Source: Zancudomyces culisetae HAW-14-8
Lineage: Eukaryota > Fungi > Kickxellomycota
Length of the DNA stretch: 64,000 nucleotides
Assembly (NCBI GenBank): GCA_052426225.1
Contig: JBNJNM010000009.1
Coordinates: 1,240,001-1,304,000, forward strand
Direction of reading: 5' to 3'
The notes under the pieces: generated by a model
The model's input: only the letters and a program-made list of their open reading frames with translations
What the model was told of the DNA's origin: nothing
Databases searched by the model: none
Shown here: positions 1 through 12,843 of the stretch, piece by piece
Numbering within the stretch: the stretch's first letter is position 1
Layout: the number at the start of each line of letters is the position of its first letter
Program-made: the position numbers and the translations under genes

Positions 1-441
1 CGCGAGGGCTCTAAGGTTGGAGAATTGATTGCTCATTACATCAAAGAGGGCCAGATTGTACCATACGAAGTCACTATTGGTTTGCTAAGAGATGCTATGA
101 TGGATCACAAAGAAAGCGACAAATTTTTGATTGATGGGTTTCCCCGCTCGATGGAGCAAAAAGTTGCATTCGAAAATGGAGTTACAAACTGTAAATTCGT
201 TTTGTACTTTGAATGTATCGAACCAATCCTAGTCGAACGCATTATGAACCGCGCAAAGACGAGTGGAAGATCAGATGACAATATCGACTCGCTGAAAAAA
301 CGCTTTAAGGTTTTCCAAAACGAATCATATCCCGTTGTTGCAGAGTATCTAAAATACAACAAGGTTTGCACTGTCAATTGTAACGATTCGGTTGACAAGG
401 TTTATTCCAATACCAAGGAATGCCTCGAGAAGTTTAAATAA
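1..441 (+). CDS. URA6: UMP-CMP kinase (adenylate kinase family), 5'-truncated by window edge
   Basis: Frame open from base 1; motifs IKEGQIVP, FLIDGFPR, SGRSDDN...KKRF typical of UMP/CMP kinase. Confidence 0.9.
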   Translation, partial: REGSKVGELIAHYIKEGQIVPYEVTIGLLRDAMMDHKESDKFLIDGFPRSMEQKVAFENGVTNCKFVLYFECIEPILVERIMNRAKTSGRSDDNIDSLKKRFKVFQNESYPVVAEYLKYNKVCTVNCNDSVDKVYSNTKECLEKFK

Positions 442-872
442 AATCGTGAAAACACAGTAGAGAGGGGAGAGGGATACTACAGGCTTTGAACTTCTCGACT
501 TGGCTTTGGATTATGATCAAAATAAAAGGCACTGGTAAAGAACATACCATCTTCCTTTTCTATATCTTTTTCCCCATTACATTTAATTATTATTTGTTAT
601 TTATTACTTTTTGAACGTTTAAACTAGAACCTTTTGATATTTAGACCACTTGGTCTTTTCTACTTTTTGTATATGTTTTAAACTGGTGCATGTTTTGGAG
701 TAATTGATTTTTTTATATGTTGATCATTATCAGCTGTTCTCAGTAACTTTAGCTTAAGACATTTTTGTATGGTTAGTGTTTTTTTCTTTTTAGCAAGAAG
801 ACGGGTGTGCACAATATATTGAAGTAAAAAATAACTACAAAGATACAGAAATGCAGTTTTACAAGACAAACT

Positions 873-3800
873 CTACGATTGCCACAAACCACTACTTCTG
901 GCCATCTGCGCCGCTACCGGTAAACTTTTGGTCATGTTGATTGTGTTTCCGATATTGGTCGTTCTGGTTTGTAAAGGTTGTGGTTGCGATGTCCTACTCT
1001 TCATAAACAAGAGCTCTAATCTTGGGTATGATTTTTGAAGCGCCTTGGAGATAAGATGGTCGTTGGGAGGCCTGTGGATGTTGTTACCACTAAATGAGCC
1101 AGTAACGTTGTTTTTATTGATATTCGTTGCATCACTCTCAACGATGTTGTATTTGTTTTTGTTCAGGTACAATCCTTTTCTGATTAGCTCAGCCGCCTCA
1201 GTGAGAGTTATGGTTTTGATGTGGTTTGATTTTAGCTTTACAGACCCATATTTTATTGTTGCTTTGGTTAGAATCCTGAGCCAGTCATAAATTATGGATT
1301 TGTAATCATGCGATAAAATCAGTCTTTTCCGCTTCGATGTAAGCAGGATTGCAAGTCGATTGTTTACATGTTCTAAATTCATTACCGATACTTTGCAATT
1401 TGCCAACTCTATTATCCCAATTGGTGTAGTATCAAGTGCGCGCTTGAAGTAATGTAGTGAGCCGTTGTTATATAGCTTGAAGAACCGAGTCCTCCAAACA
1501 TCTATAGGCAAATAGTTTGTTTTTCTATCCAGCCACCCCTCTTTAACCAAAAACCCACTATCTGATGAATCTGATTCCAGTTTTGAGCTATACGCATTTT
1601 TTTCGTCTACGTTTTCCTGGTTACTACCCACTATACCTATAAACTTTGGCTGTATCTCGTATTCACTGATCATCCTTGGATCAGAAAGATTTATTGGTTT
1701 GCTACTAGATGCTCTTCTATATTTTTCAATACTAGCTTCGTTTATTACAGCCTTTTGAGTCTTCTTTTTAACTTGCGCCTGACTTGGCAAAATTTGGCTG
1801 TTATTTTTACTTTCCAGTCTTTTTACTACACTGAACTGTAAATCCAAACTCCTGTTAAAGATGTCATCTAGATGACTATTCTTGAGTAGGTTTCTATATT
1901 CCTTCATGTATATATAATTGCTACAGCCACATTCAACAAAATCTTCATTTCTAATGGTATTTACTACATTGAAGCTGTTCCTACCACTTTTTTGCTTTTC
2001 GTCATTATCAAGCAATGTCAGAGTGCTGGTTTTCTTGTGGTCACAGTTGTTTTCACAGATCTGTATATCATTAAATATAGGCTTATTACTAGCAATTATA
2101 TGATCCGCTGCCAGTTTTACATTTGTTGAAAATGAGTAATTGGACGTGTCAGTATTTTGCACTACTTCAGTCTGACTCTTTTTAATATTTTTTTTACCTT
2201 CTCTTTGCTTTGCTATTCTTTTTTTATACTTTTCTATGATTTTTTGGTTGGCATAAACCTTTTGTGCGCTTTTTTCTTTTTTAGATTTCACCGATACTAC
2301 ATCGGCGGTATAGCTACTACTGGTGCTTCTTGCATATTTATTTGTGGTGTTGCTAGATACCTGTCTTATTTTGGTTCTTTCAATACCAAAAACTGGGGAT
2401 CCGCATATATTCATAATCAAACTTTCATCCTCTATTTGTAAATCACACGATATTTCGGGGTTATTGCTTGTGGGTGTGGCCAACCCAGTTTCGTAAAACG
2501 TCCGAAACTTTTTATTTGAATTTTCGAGAGTATTTTGTGCTTTTGAGCATGTATTGGTCAGTTCAACATTTTTGATTTTTTTGATCTTTTCGATCTTTTC
2601 GATATTTTCAGTATACCCTAGTATTTCTCTATGTAAACCAACACCTTTGGAATTGTCCATTTTTTTTGTATCTTGTGCTGGTTGTGAGTGTATTTCTCTT
2701 TCGAGTGAATTAATAGGTATCTCGTTTTTATATATATCATTTATAACACCTGCATCGCTGTCGAGCTCTTGCATCGCGTCTGAAGTGTGGAGATCCGTTA
2801 TGATGTTCTGAGCTATGTTTTCTGGGGGGTTTTCTGTAGCAAGACTTAAATTATCCACAAGTTCCATTATTGCACTTGCACGTCTGGGTATTTCATGGGA
2901 ATCAAAACAAAAACTATCATCAGGGCCCAGTACCCGAAGTTCAATATACTCAGACCCATCGGTATCACTACTAATTTCTAATTCGTTTTCTATGCACATA
3001 CCTTCACGTATGGGATTTGGAGACCTTATAGTAGATTCCATTTTGTATTTGTACTGAGGTAATGTTGGACTCTTTTTTAGGGCAACCTTTGAGTTCGTCT
3101 CACAGTCGCGCTTAGTGTCGTCGTTATAAACATTAGTCTTTTGTTCATTGACTGTATTTTCTTCAATAGGCCCAACGAGCTTTTTAATTTTAGAATCATT
3201 TCTCTTGACCTCACGAATGTCTTTTTTCAGGTTCACAGTTACTGAATTAGAGCTCATGTTTACTTTTTCAGGCATTCTTTTCTCTGCTGGGAGAATTTGT
3301 TCAACGGGCGAGCTTCTTTCAGTTTGATTGATTGTATGCTCTTTTACTTTCATCGAGATATCTTGAAGAATGTCTGTACACTCATCTATACTTAGTTCAG
3401 TCGTAGGTTGCACATCCGCTTTTTCTTTTCCTCTACCCATTATGTTCCTAAGCTTGTGACCAAAGTTTACAGGAAAAATTGTGAAATTCTTTATCGAAAC
3501 TTTTCCCTCCATTTGGTTTCCCTTCACGTTTTTATACTTTGAGGAACTATCGCGCGACTTACTTTTTGTTGGTTCCTTTCCTCGCCTAAGACTAGTTTTT
3601 TTAATTGCATCACTATATTGATCCATAAATATATCTTCCAGAAACTCGCCTATTTCATCTTCGCCATATGAACTCAGGTTCTTTATTTTATCACCATAAA
3701 ACTTTCCACTTGGCGGAGAAATTACCCCCTTTTGCTCAACCTCCTCAAAAAATTCTGATGAATAATCGATGCTTTTGCTACCTATGGGTTTTACACACTC

Positions 3801-5489
3801 AGTCGTTTCAGGACCTTCTTTAAACAATTCTTTGTACTTTCCCAACTCACTGTTATCAAAGTCGATACAGTTTCTTTTGATACGCTTATCAACCACTCGT
3901 TTAATTGTTATATGTTTTGATCCAGTATTTTTACATGACTTTGCCTTTGATAGTTCTCTATCGTTTAACCCTTTACCTTTCATGTTGAATGGTATCGATA
4001 GTGCTCGTCTTATTTTATTTTCTATTGATGTTTTATCATCCCCAGTTTGTTTGGTACTGTCCTCCGTTGATACTTTGACTGTTTTTATTTCCTCTCCTAT
4101 GTTGCTCTGTTCTTTATCGTCTATGATCATATTGTGCTCACTATACTCTTGACCAAATTTATTTTCTGTATCTATATAATTATTATTTCTATTGGATTTA
4201 ATGGTCATGCTTTTCCTTAGTGGAATGAGTGATATACTTTTCCTACCACTCGGTTTATCTACCTTTTTATTCTCTGTTGCAGCTTTTTCGGGTTTAATGC
4301 TTGGTATTTTGAATATTCTGGCCTTTTTTACTTCGGTTGTGTTTTTAAAATTTTCAACATCACTGACAATGCTATCCCCACTTATACCAAATGCATATTC
4401 CATCTGTTTATCGTTATCTAAACTCAGCGTTTCGCTTATTTCAGCTGGTGATTTTTGGAATATTTTGTTCATGCTCAGACTCTTTCTGATATGTATAGAT
4501 CTAAGCTTGTTTACCAACCCTACCTCTTTACTTGTGACTTTATGCTCAGGCATTCTAGTTACACTCTTCATTAGCAAGGTATCACTACATTCATACGTCT
4601 CAATACTAGGCGTATCCAGTTGTGAATTCATAACAGGGTTGCTTTTTCTAAGCTTCAACATTGGCCTTGCATCAACTTGGGAATTCAACTCACCCTGGAG
4701 CTTTGGGAGTGTATTTTTCTCTGTGTTTGCATTATTCCGCTTTATCGTTATTCTTTTCTTTGGATTAAGTTCTGGTTGTGAAATAGATTTGGATTTCTTG
4801 ATGCTTAAATCGTGTCTACCAGGTACTATTATGGATTTCCTTTGTGGTGCTGATATCATTTCATCTTCATGAGCTGGTTTGATTTTAAAGCTTTGTACAG
4901 GCAAGGCGGATACACTGTTATCCATATTCAAACACTGTCGACTCTCAATTATTTTGGTACCTATCATATTTATCTTGGCTTTGGTACTTTGCTTTTCTAG
5001 TGTGGATTGTGAAAAACCACCTTCATGAGATTCTGCTAAAATGATGGAATTATTAACTGGTTTTCTTTTGTTTATGGTATACTGTACGTTTTTGTTAATT
5101 CCCACAAACCCCACTGGTCTTGGAAACCTATATGGAGTATCATCACTGTATTTGCTCGTATTTTGTGTGGGTTGACTGAGTTTATCAGGCAAAGGCGTAA
5201 CATAGCTCTTTGGAAATACGCCTATTATACCGCGGCTATTTTGACCCTAAATCGAACAAAGATAAGTTAATTGATTATAATTTGTACCCATAAACGTAGA
5301 ATTAGGCCCAATATATGTAGATGTGTTGAAAAAATGCTTGTTTATATTGATTCCTACCTTCCACCAACCCTCGTTTCTAGCATAATCAAACTCTATAACA
5401 TATATCACTTCTTTTGGAGTCAACGCCAATTCGTTTTTATTTAGTGGTATATACCGGAACTTTGCTTGATAAAGGCGGTTCTTTGACAT
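873..5489 (-). CDS. SH3 ... PH domain polarity scaffold, Boi1/Boi2/Pob1-like (exons 5489-5358, 5246-873)
   Basis: Removing GT-AG intron 5357-5247 rebuilds a complete SH3 (ELALTPKEVI...GWWK|GQNSRGIIGVFPKSYV); C-terminal PH domain (KEGWLDRK...WRTRFFKL...DWLRIL) followed by the Boi-type helix KTITLTEAAEL. Confidence 0.7.
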
Positions 5490-7413
5490 TTATCCGTATG
5501 TGTCTTGGTGGCTTTTGCAACTGAAGTTTGTAATAAATATATATCAAGAAAATATAAATTAATAATGTGTGTTGAAACTATTTCGACATAAAGCTAGTAT
5601 ATAGTTCTTTTAAGGATCTTCCATAAAAACTAGAAATTATATATGTTTATATGATATTTCGTTCAGCTATTGTTCTATTTTTTCTTTATAATACTAATCT
5701 TGGCTAAAACTCTAGATATAAGTGTGTATTTCCACAAAAATATAATTGTAACCACTATTTTTATGTTTCAAACGAGAAAGCTACTATGGCTCTTGACAGA
5801 ATATATATTTTTTTATCGTTTCAAAAGTCGAGCTTTTGTTAACATTAATGATTGAAGCTATTCAAAGATATCCCCAAGTGTCTATACCCCGTATTATACA
5901 CACATTGACGAGAAAATGAGTGAGCGAGGAGGGAAGAGGAGGGGGGGGGGGGCAGAAAAACATAGAGACAGTGAGTGAGGAAGTGAGTGAGGAAGTGAGG
6001 AGTACACAATTTGTAAAAGCATAGATATGACTGTAGATGTCTTTAGGTTACATTTTTAGGGATATGTGCACATAAAAAAAGGGTCCATTGTGGTACATAC
6101 TAATAAAACTTAACATTGATGCGATACGCAATCATGAACATTGATAGTATTTCTGGGTACATTAGTTCCATAATAAACAGTGTTCACCAGATAAATATTA
6201 CTCTATTAACATATGCAAGTATAAATAATAATGGTTATGAAATGGTGTTAAAAATGAGTATTGATACACATCAGAAAATAAGTGGAGATGTTGTTGTATG
6301 TACGTTTTGGTATTGACATTTAAATTATCCACGTATCTGAAAATAATGTTATTCAGTTCCTCTAACCTAGTAGACGCGAAGAAGGGGTCGTGTAGTTGTG
6401 CGATGGTTGTATTTCAACATTGAATGTGTAAAGTACGAGTTGGGGTGTATAGTGTCACAAAAATAATACCAGCTTATGAAAGCACCAAACATCCATTAGA
6501 AAGTTCTAAAAATAAAAAAGTATGATATCTGGGTTATCAGCTCCAATTTTCCACGAGTCTGTGATAGATTCTCTCCACAGTCTAGTATAAAGAAAGTAAT
6601 ATGTTATGAGTCAGTATAGAACCTACCGAGTAATATACTGTCTTTTATTATCATCCCCAGGTGAGATCAAAAGGTCATTTTGACATTTAAAGCGGAGAGA
6701 GATGTGTAGGGTAGTGGAGGGAGGTGGGGCAGTAGTAATCAGTGCATGATTGAAAGAGTTATGGATGTGGTGTGATGTAATAGTGTTCAAATACATATGG
6801 GTAGTAGGTATTACAAAAAAAATTAAATAGAACTGTAATATCAATTTTTTATTGTAAAGTAGCACAGCGACATAGTATACCTGAGATCGTGGGAGTAGAT
6901 CTTGATATTATACACGTACAAAAGGTGGATTCTCGTATGATTTGAAGTGTACACAGGATTTTAGTGCTAGATTTATTTACGTATTGGACTTAGCATTGCT
7001 TTTAGAAGTGACTAAATATGTTGTACTAACTTGTACTGCATGTGTTGTTGTGTATTATGGTTGTGGTAAACTCTAAATGCTTGATTCTAATGATGGGTAT
7101 AGCATAGTTTTGTAATTTTCAGTAGCAAATGAAAAAAAAAAGATGATAACCAACAAGCGCGATGGATAGGTTCAGAAAATGGAGGAACTTTTTTATGTTT
7201 TGGCAAAAAAACACTATTTACACGATTGCGCAAAATCTCGATTATACCTTAAAAATACGTATAAACCAACGCGAGATTTTGTAAATTAAAAGCAAGCGTG
7301 GATATAAACAAAATACACTGAGTATGCTTTGAGTATATGTCTTTAAACGAAATCACAGGACCAACAGTAATAAAAAGAAAAGAAAGGGAAGAGAGAGTTG
7401 AAAAGAAAACACG

Positions 7414-10090
7414 ATGAAAAGGAGTGACGATGGAAAAGGAAATGACATGGAGAAATCAGCACAGCAAAAAGAAGCAAATGGTCGAGAAAAGGAGGAGGGC
7501 GAGATTCTATTAGAACATGATGATCACGAAATGATGGAAAAGGTCAAGAAGGATGGATTACAAGATGTGATAGGTGAAGATTTAAGAAAAAGGGTGGAGG
7601 GAGAGGGCGAAAAGTATGGGGGGAGGAAGGGATACAAAGGAGAGGGAGATGAGGAGGTAGAAACAAGGAAAAGGAGGCGAGATTGGGAACGGGAAGGGGA
7701 ACGGGAAAAAGAGGGGAGAGAAGAGAGAGGATATGTCAGGAGCAAAAGTAAAGAAAGGTACAGGAGCAGAGAAAAGTATAGGAGGGAGAAGCAGGAGGAG
7801 AAACACAGCGATGGGCGAGACAAACGAGACAGGAGAAGATATGAGGATTATAGCGATGATGAAAGTTATGGAGCTAGCGGATATGATGAAAAAAGAAGGG
7901 GAAGAGGTAAAAGTGGAGAAAGATATAGGGATAGGGATAGAAAAGAAGAAAGGAGTAGAGATAGAGATAGAGATAGGGATAGAGATAGGGATAGAGATAG
8001 GGATAGAGATAGGGATAGATATAGAAAAGAGGAAAGGGATAGAGATAGAGGCAGTGATAGATATAGAAAAGAGGAAAGGAGTAGAGATAGAAGAGGGGAA
8101 AGGAGTAGAGACATATACGAAAGAGAAGGAAAAGTAGAGCTAGAGAAAGGTTACAAGAGTAAATATGAAGATAGTAAATATTATAGCGGTAAATATAAAG
8201 AAAATGTTAGATCACACGAAGCAGAAGCCAATAGAAGGAGGCGCGGAGAAAGAGAAGAGACCATTAGCAGTACAGACTTAAAAGATAGATATTTTAATAA
8301 GAGGTCTAATAAAGACGAAAGTAACGACAGAAACTATAATAATTATAATAATAGCAGGGATAAGGATGGTGTTAGAGAAAAAGACCGTAGTGATTACAGC
8401 AGCCGGATGAAGGGAGTGGATGGAGAGGAGGGCATAAAATCAGATGAAATGATGTTTTAGTAAGTTGTTATTAGGAATTTAAGGCTTATGTTTTGAATTA
8501 ATATAACTGTAAAAGTGTTGTAAAAGAATAAGTATTATTGAAAATAGCGGAATGGAGGAGAATAAAGTAAATGAGGAAGAGGAAATAGAAAAGAGGCGGA
8601 GGAGAAGGCAGGAGATAATGGAAAAGTACAAAGTAGAAGGAGGGGTAAATGGTGATCAAGCCGAAAAAACTATAAACGAGGGCACAGAAAAGAGAAGCGA
8701 AGAAGGGAAAGAGGGAGAAGAAGAGGAGAGTGAAGAAGGAGATGGTGTGGCAGCAGCAGGCTATGACCCAACCTATGATAGAGAGGAGGATGAGGAGAGA
8801 AAGAAGGGGAAAGAAAAGGAGAAAGAAAAGGAGAAAGAAAAGGAGAAAGATGAGAAAGGTGGAGTAAAAGGTAAGGAAAAGGGAAAAGTAAAGGTAAAAG
8901 GAGAGTTCGAGGTGGATTTATTTGCAGAGGAAATAGATGAGGAGAAATTAGAGGAGCAAAGCAAACACATAGGTTTAGGGCAAAAAGCAATGTTAGTTGA
9001 CAGCTACGATGACGAACAAGGGTACTATAATGTGGGGATAGGGGAAGGGCTGGACGGGGGGCGGTATGTGGTGGAGGCAAAGATAGGACAAGGGGTGTTT
9101 AGCGGAGTGGTGCGGGCGAGAGATGGTGTAGAGGAGAAGCGAGTGGCAATAAAAATCATACGCAGCAATCCAACAATGAAGAAGATAGGATACCGCGAGA
9201 TGGAGATAGTGGAGCTGCTGCAACGGAGCAGTGGGGGGAAGGAGCGACACATTATAGGAATGAAGAGACATTTTGAACATAGAGGACATTTGTGTATTGT
9301 GCTTGAGGAGATGAAAATGAATTTACGAGAGGTGCTAAAACGGTATGGATACAATGTTGGACTGAGTTTACAAGCGATCCGAGCATATGGGCGCCAGCTA
9401 TTTATAGCGCTGAATCATTTGCGGCGAAATGGGGTGGTGCATGCAGATATCAAGCCAGACAATATCTTGATAGATGAAAATAACAAATACATACGGTTAG
9501 GGGATTTTGGGTCGGGCAGTGTGATTGGGCAAGCAGGCAGCAACGACGACCTGGCGACGCCGTATCTAGTCAGCCGGTACTATCGGCCACCCGAAGTGAT
9601 TTTAGGAATTGATTTTGGAAAGACACCACATCTAGCATGTGCAATAGATGTGTGGAGCGTAGCGGTGACGCTATTTGAGTTGTATACAGGTAAGATTTTG
9701 TTTGCAGGGCGATCCAACAACCACATGTTAAAACTGATTATCGAGCTGCGACGATGCTACAACAACCAATTTTCCACCAAATATTTGCGGCGCGGACGAT
9801 TTACTGATCAGCATTTTGAGCTGAACCAGGCTGAGCAATTAGTATTTTCAGATCACAGCAATATCCAGAATCAGAATCAGAGCCAGAGTCACAGTAACGG
9901 TAACACAGGTATGGATTTGAAAACAAGGATTTTCAGAGCCACAAAACTATCAGCACTGAACCAAAAGGACCAAGAATTACTTTTACACTTTATTGATTTA
10001 CTAGAAAAATGCCTAGAACTCAATGTTGAAAAAAGACTAACTGCTTACGAAGCCCTGTTGCATCCGTTTTTCAACTCTACGGCTTCCTAA
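7414..10090 (+). CDS. PRP4K: Prp4-family splicing kinase (PRPF4B/prp4) with RD/RS-rich N-terminus (exons 7414-8459, 8548-10090)
   Basis: Intron GTAAGT 8460..AG 8547 joins the two ORFs in frame; [49 protein letters not shown] are Prp4-kinase motifs. Confidence 0.92.
7921..8112 (+). repeat. Coding hexamer repeat (AGAGAT/AGGGAT)n encoding Arg-Asp dipeptides
   Basis: RDRDRD... tract within Prp4 exon 1. Confidence 0.9.
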
Positions 10091-11077
10091 ATTCAGTCAA
10101 TACAGGATAAATCGCCTCAAATGCCTGATAAATCTCAGTCCGCACTTTTGCACCAGTAAGCACAATCTTTCCACTCACAAAAATAAGTAATACGATTTTA
10201 GGCTTAACCATCCGGTAGATCAACCCAGGAAACAGCTCAGGCTCGTAACTACTGAAATGTCCGTGCGAGTATGCCAGCCCTTCCAACCGGATTGGAAACT
10301 TCACGTCACAACTGCCCACTATATTTTGGATCTTGAAGTCCGTAAACTTTGCCGGGAACCCTAGCTTTTGCACAATTCTTGCATATTTACGTGCTGCCAA
10401 CTTGGAGTCATCCTCCGATTTTGCTCCTGTTACTACCATCTTCCCCGATGCAAATATCAATGCCGTAGTTTTAGGCTCTCGGATTCTCATAATCACAGCC
10501 GCAAAACGCTATTTTTTTTTAAAAAAATTGTTTTTCCCGTTTTATTTGCTTTTCTGCTTTATAATTCTTTTTTCTTTTCCACACTATCACAATCACTACA
10601 ACTTAAATATATCTATACGTCTTAATACCTTTGGATTATATTCGGCATTACGTGCGTGCAACGCTATAGTTTTTAAATCTAACCGACAGTCCAGATTTAC
10701 CGTTGCCACTATATTTCTATCATTTATTTTTAAAACTACACTTAATACCTGTCCTCATCTTCTCTTATCACTATTTTAATATCATTATTTAACCATCTTG
10801 TTAATTCAGCTTACTGTAGTGTTGGAACTATTCCCGCCACACTATGGTCGGTCCTTAACCCACCTGCCCCAACTCCTACGCTCTCTTCACCGTCAACATT
10901 GCTACTATTATTTGTCATCATTGTCCTTGATGGCTCTACTCCACCCATCCCTCCCCCACTCGACCCATTACCCATATATCCCATTGCGCCGCCTTTGCTG
11001 CCTTGTTCAAATCCCATGTTCGGATTCCTTATTTCGGGCGTTCTAGGTAGTGCTAATCTATTTGTATTGCTATTCAT
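10077..11077 (-). CDS. SPT15: TATA-binding protein (exons 11077-10815, 10716-10629, 10508-10077)
   Basis: Spliced product [61 protein letters not shown]...EFRKP is near-invariant TBP core. Confidence 0.98.
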
Positions 11078-12584
11078 CTTTGTTGTTTTGTTTTCGCTCT
11101 TTTTTTAAATTGGTTTATCTTTTGTTTTGTTTTGTTTTGTTTTTAAGATTCTTTCTATAGCTATATTAAGATTATTGCGTTTGATAATGTTTTACAAAGA
11201 TTATAAGGTTGATTTGTGTTTTTCCTTGTTATTCTTTTGTTCCTTTTAGTTATAGATGTTTTTATACAAGATGATCGTCCTCGAGACTATTCGATTCTTT
11301 TTTAATACAATTTAGATGAGATTTCGGATAAGAAAGTCAACGTAAAAAAAAATATATGTAAGTATTGAGATTAAAAGAATTATTCTATACTGATCCTAGC
11401 CGTCGCTATATTCACATTTATGAGGCTGGTATATTGCTGGATCTGTCGAATTTACAATAACACTATGCCGTTTCAGTATTATTGGTATATCAACAACAAA
11501 GTTCAAATAAATAAATGAGAAAGAGGTTTTTTTAATTTTTTGCGGTTTTGTCGCTCTTATTATTATTGCCATTTGCCATCCCCGTTTTTTCATTTGTCTA
11601 ATTGTTTTACTTTTTTATTTTAGTAGACTTGAAAAAAAATTTTTTTTTCCGAATTCTTTATTTTATAATTTTTTGTTTACAACTAGTAGTTGTGTTCAAT
11701 TATACTCTTATCTACAATTTTAGTGTTATTACTAATACTAAACATTTGTTTGTAATACAAAAAAAATGGTATAAAAGGGTTAAAAAAAGCCCCATCATCT
11801 TTTCCCAAATCAAAAGGAAAATTACTTTTCTTTCTTGGCTAAAGCAAAAAAAATGCATACGTAAGACTCTTTGTAGATGTATGTGATTTTCCCACATTTT
11901 TCAATTTCACCCAACACACTTTGCGGGATTGTGATGAGTAGGGAGGGAATGCGAAAAAACTCTATTCCTGTACCTTTAGAGATTGTTGAACTTCTTGCTC
12001 TCCTTTCATCCTTACTATCTTGTGTAATTTAGTGTTTTTTTTTTCTGTGGAATATGCTTTAAATTACATTTGCTATTTTCTTATTGGTGGGTTAATGATT
12101 TTCCATTTTTGCAAGCTTTTGGGAAGTTGGTGAAGGAGGGAAGGAAGGGGAGGGGAGGGGAGGGGAGAAAAAAGAGAAATTTAAACGATACCATGATGTC
12201 AATTCTTTTCTTTGTCTACGCGAAAGTTGGCATAACTTGAAATGAAACTAAGAGATTCTTCGCGTCACGCCTTTATCTAAATGCAATGATCGACAGATAT
12301 TCCTGCTTTTTGCACATAAAACTCGTAAATGATCATAAAGCACATAAGTGTAGGCTTTGATGTACTTTGTACAAAAAAAATTAAAATATCACACAGTTCT
12401 AGCAAGTGGATGGGCAGCAACGTGTTTTTTCTTTGCCAGGGAGTGTAGTTATTACAGGGAGGATGGGATGTTCATTCTTCCCCTCTAGATACACACACAC
12501 ATACAACACTACTTGCACTATTGTTTTAGTACATGTATGGGCAAATAGTAGAGAATATGTTTAATTTTGGTTTTGGTTTTGGTT

Positions 12585-12661
12585 TTGGTTTTGGTTTTGG
12601 TTGTGGTTTTGGCTTTGGTTGTGGTTGTGGCTTTGGCTTTGGCTTTGGCTTTGGCTTTTGT
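12585..12661 (+). repeat. Hexamer tandem array (TTTTGG/TTGTGG/CTTTGG)n upstream of Nas6-like gene
   Basis: About a dozen degenerate GG-containing hexamers read directly. Confidence 0.85.
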
Positions 12662-12843
12662 GTTTCTTTTCAATTCTTGAAACTGGTTGGTTCCAAAACC
12701 GGCTATTTTTTTCATCGCTATTTTCTGACATTCAAACCCAATCTCAGAACTTCACAAACACAACAAAGCTAAAAATAAGGAGTAAAATACAAACTTCATT
12801 AATAAACTACTACACAACTCTACAGATAAATTCAATAGCAGTC

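Noticed and set aside
7524-9354. Antisense and alternate-frame ORFs over Prp4 (and similar ones over other genes and the LINE)
   Set aside because: Shadow ORFs caused by low-complexity or skewed coding sequence
12518-12772. GFGFGF / WLWLWL / KAKAKT ORFs
   Set aside because: Translations of the hexamer repeat; the real gene starts at 12844
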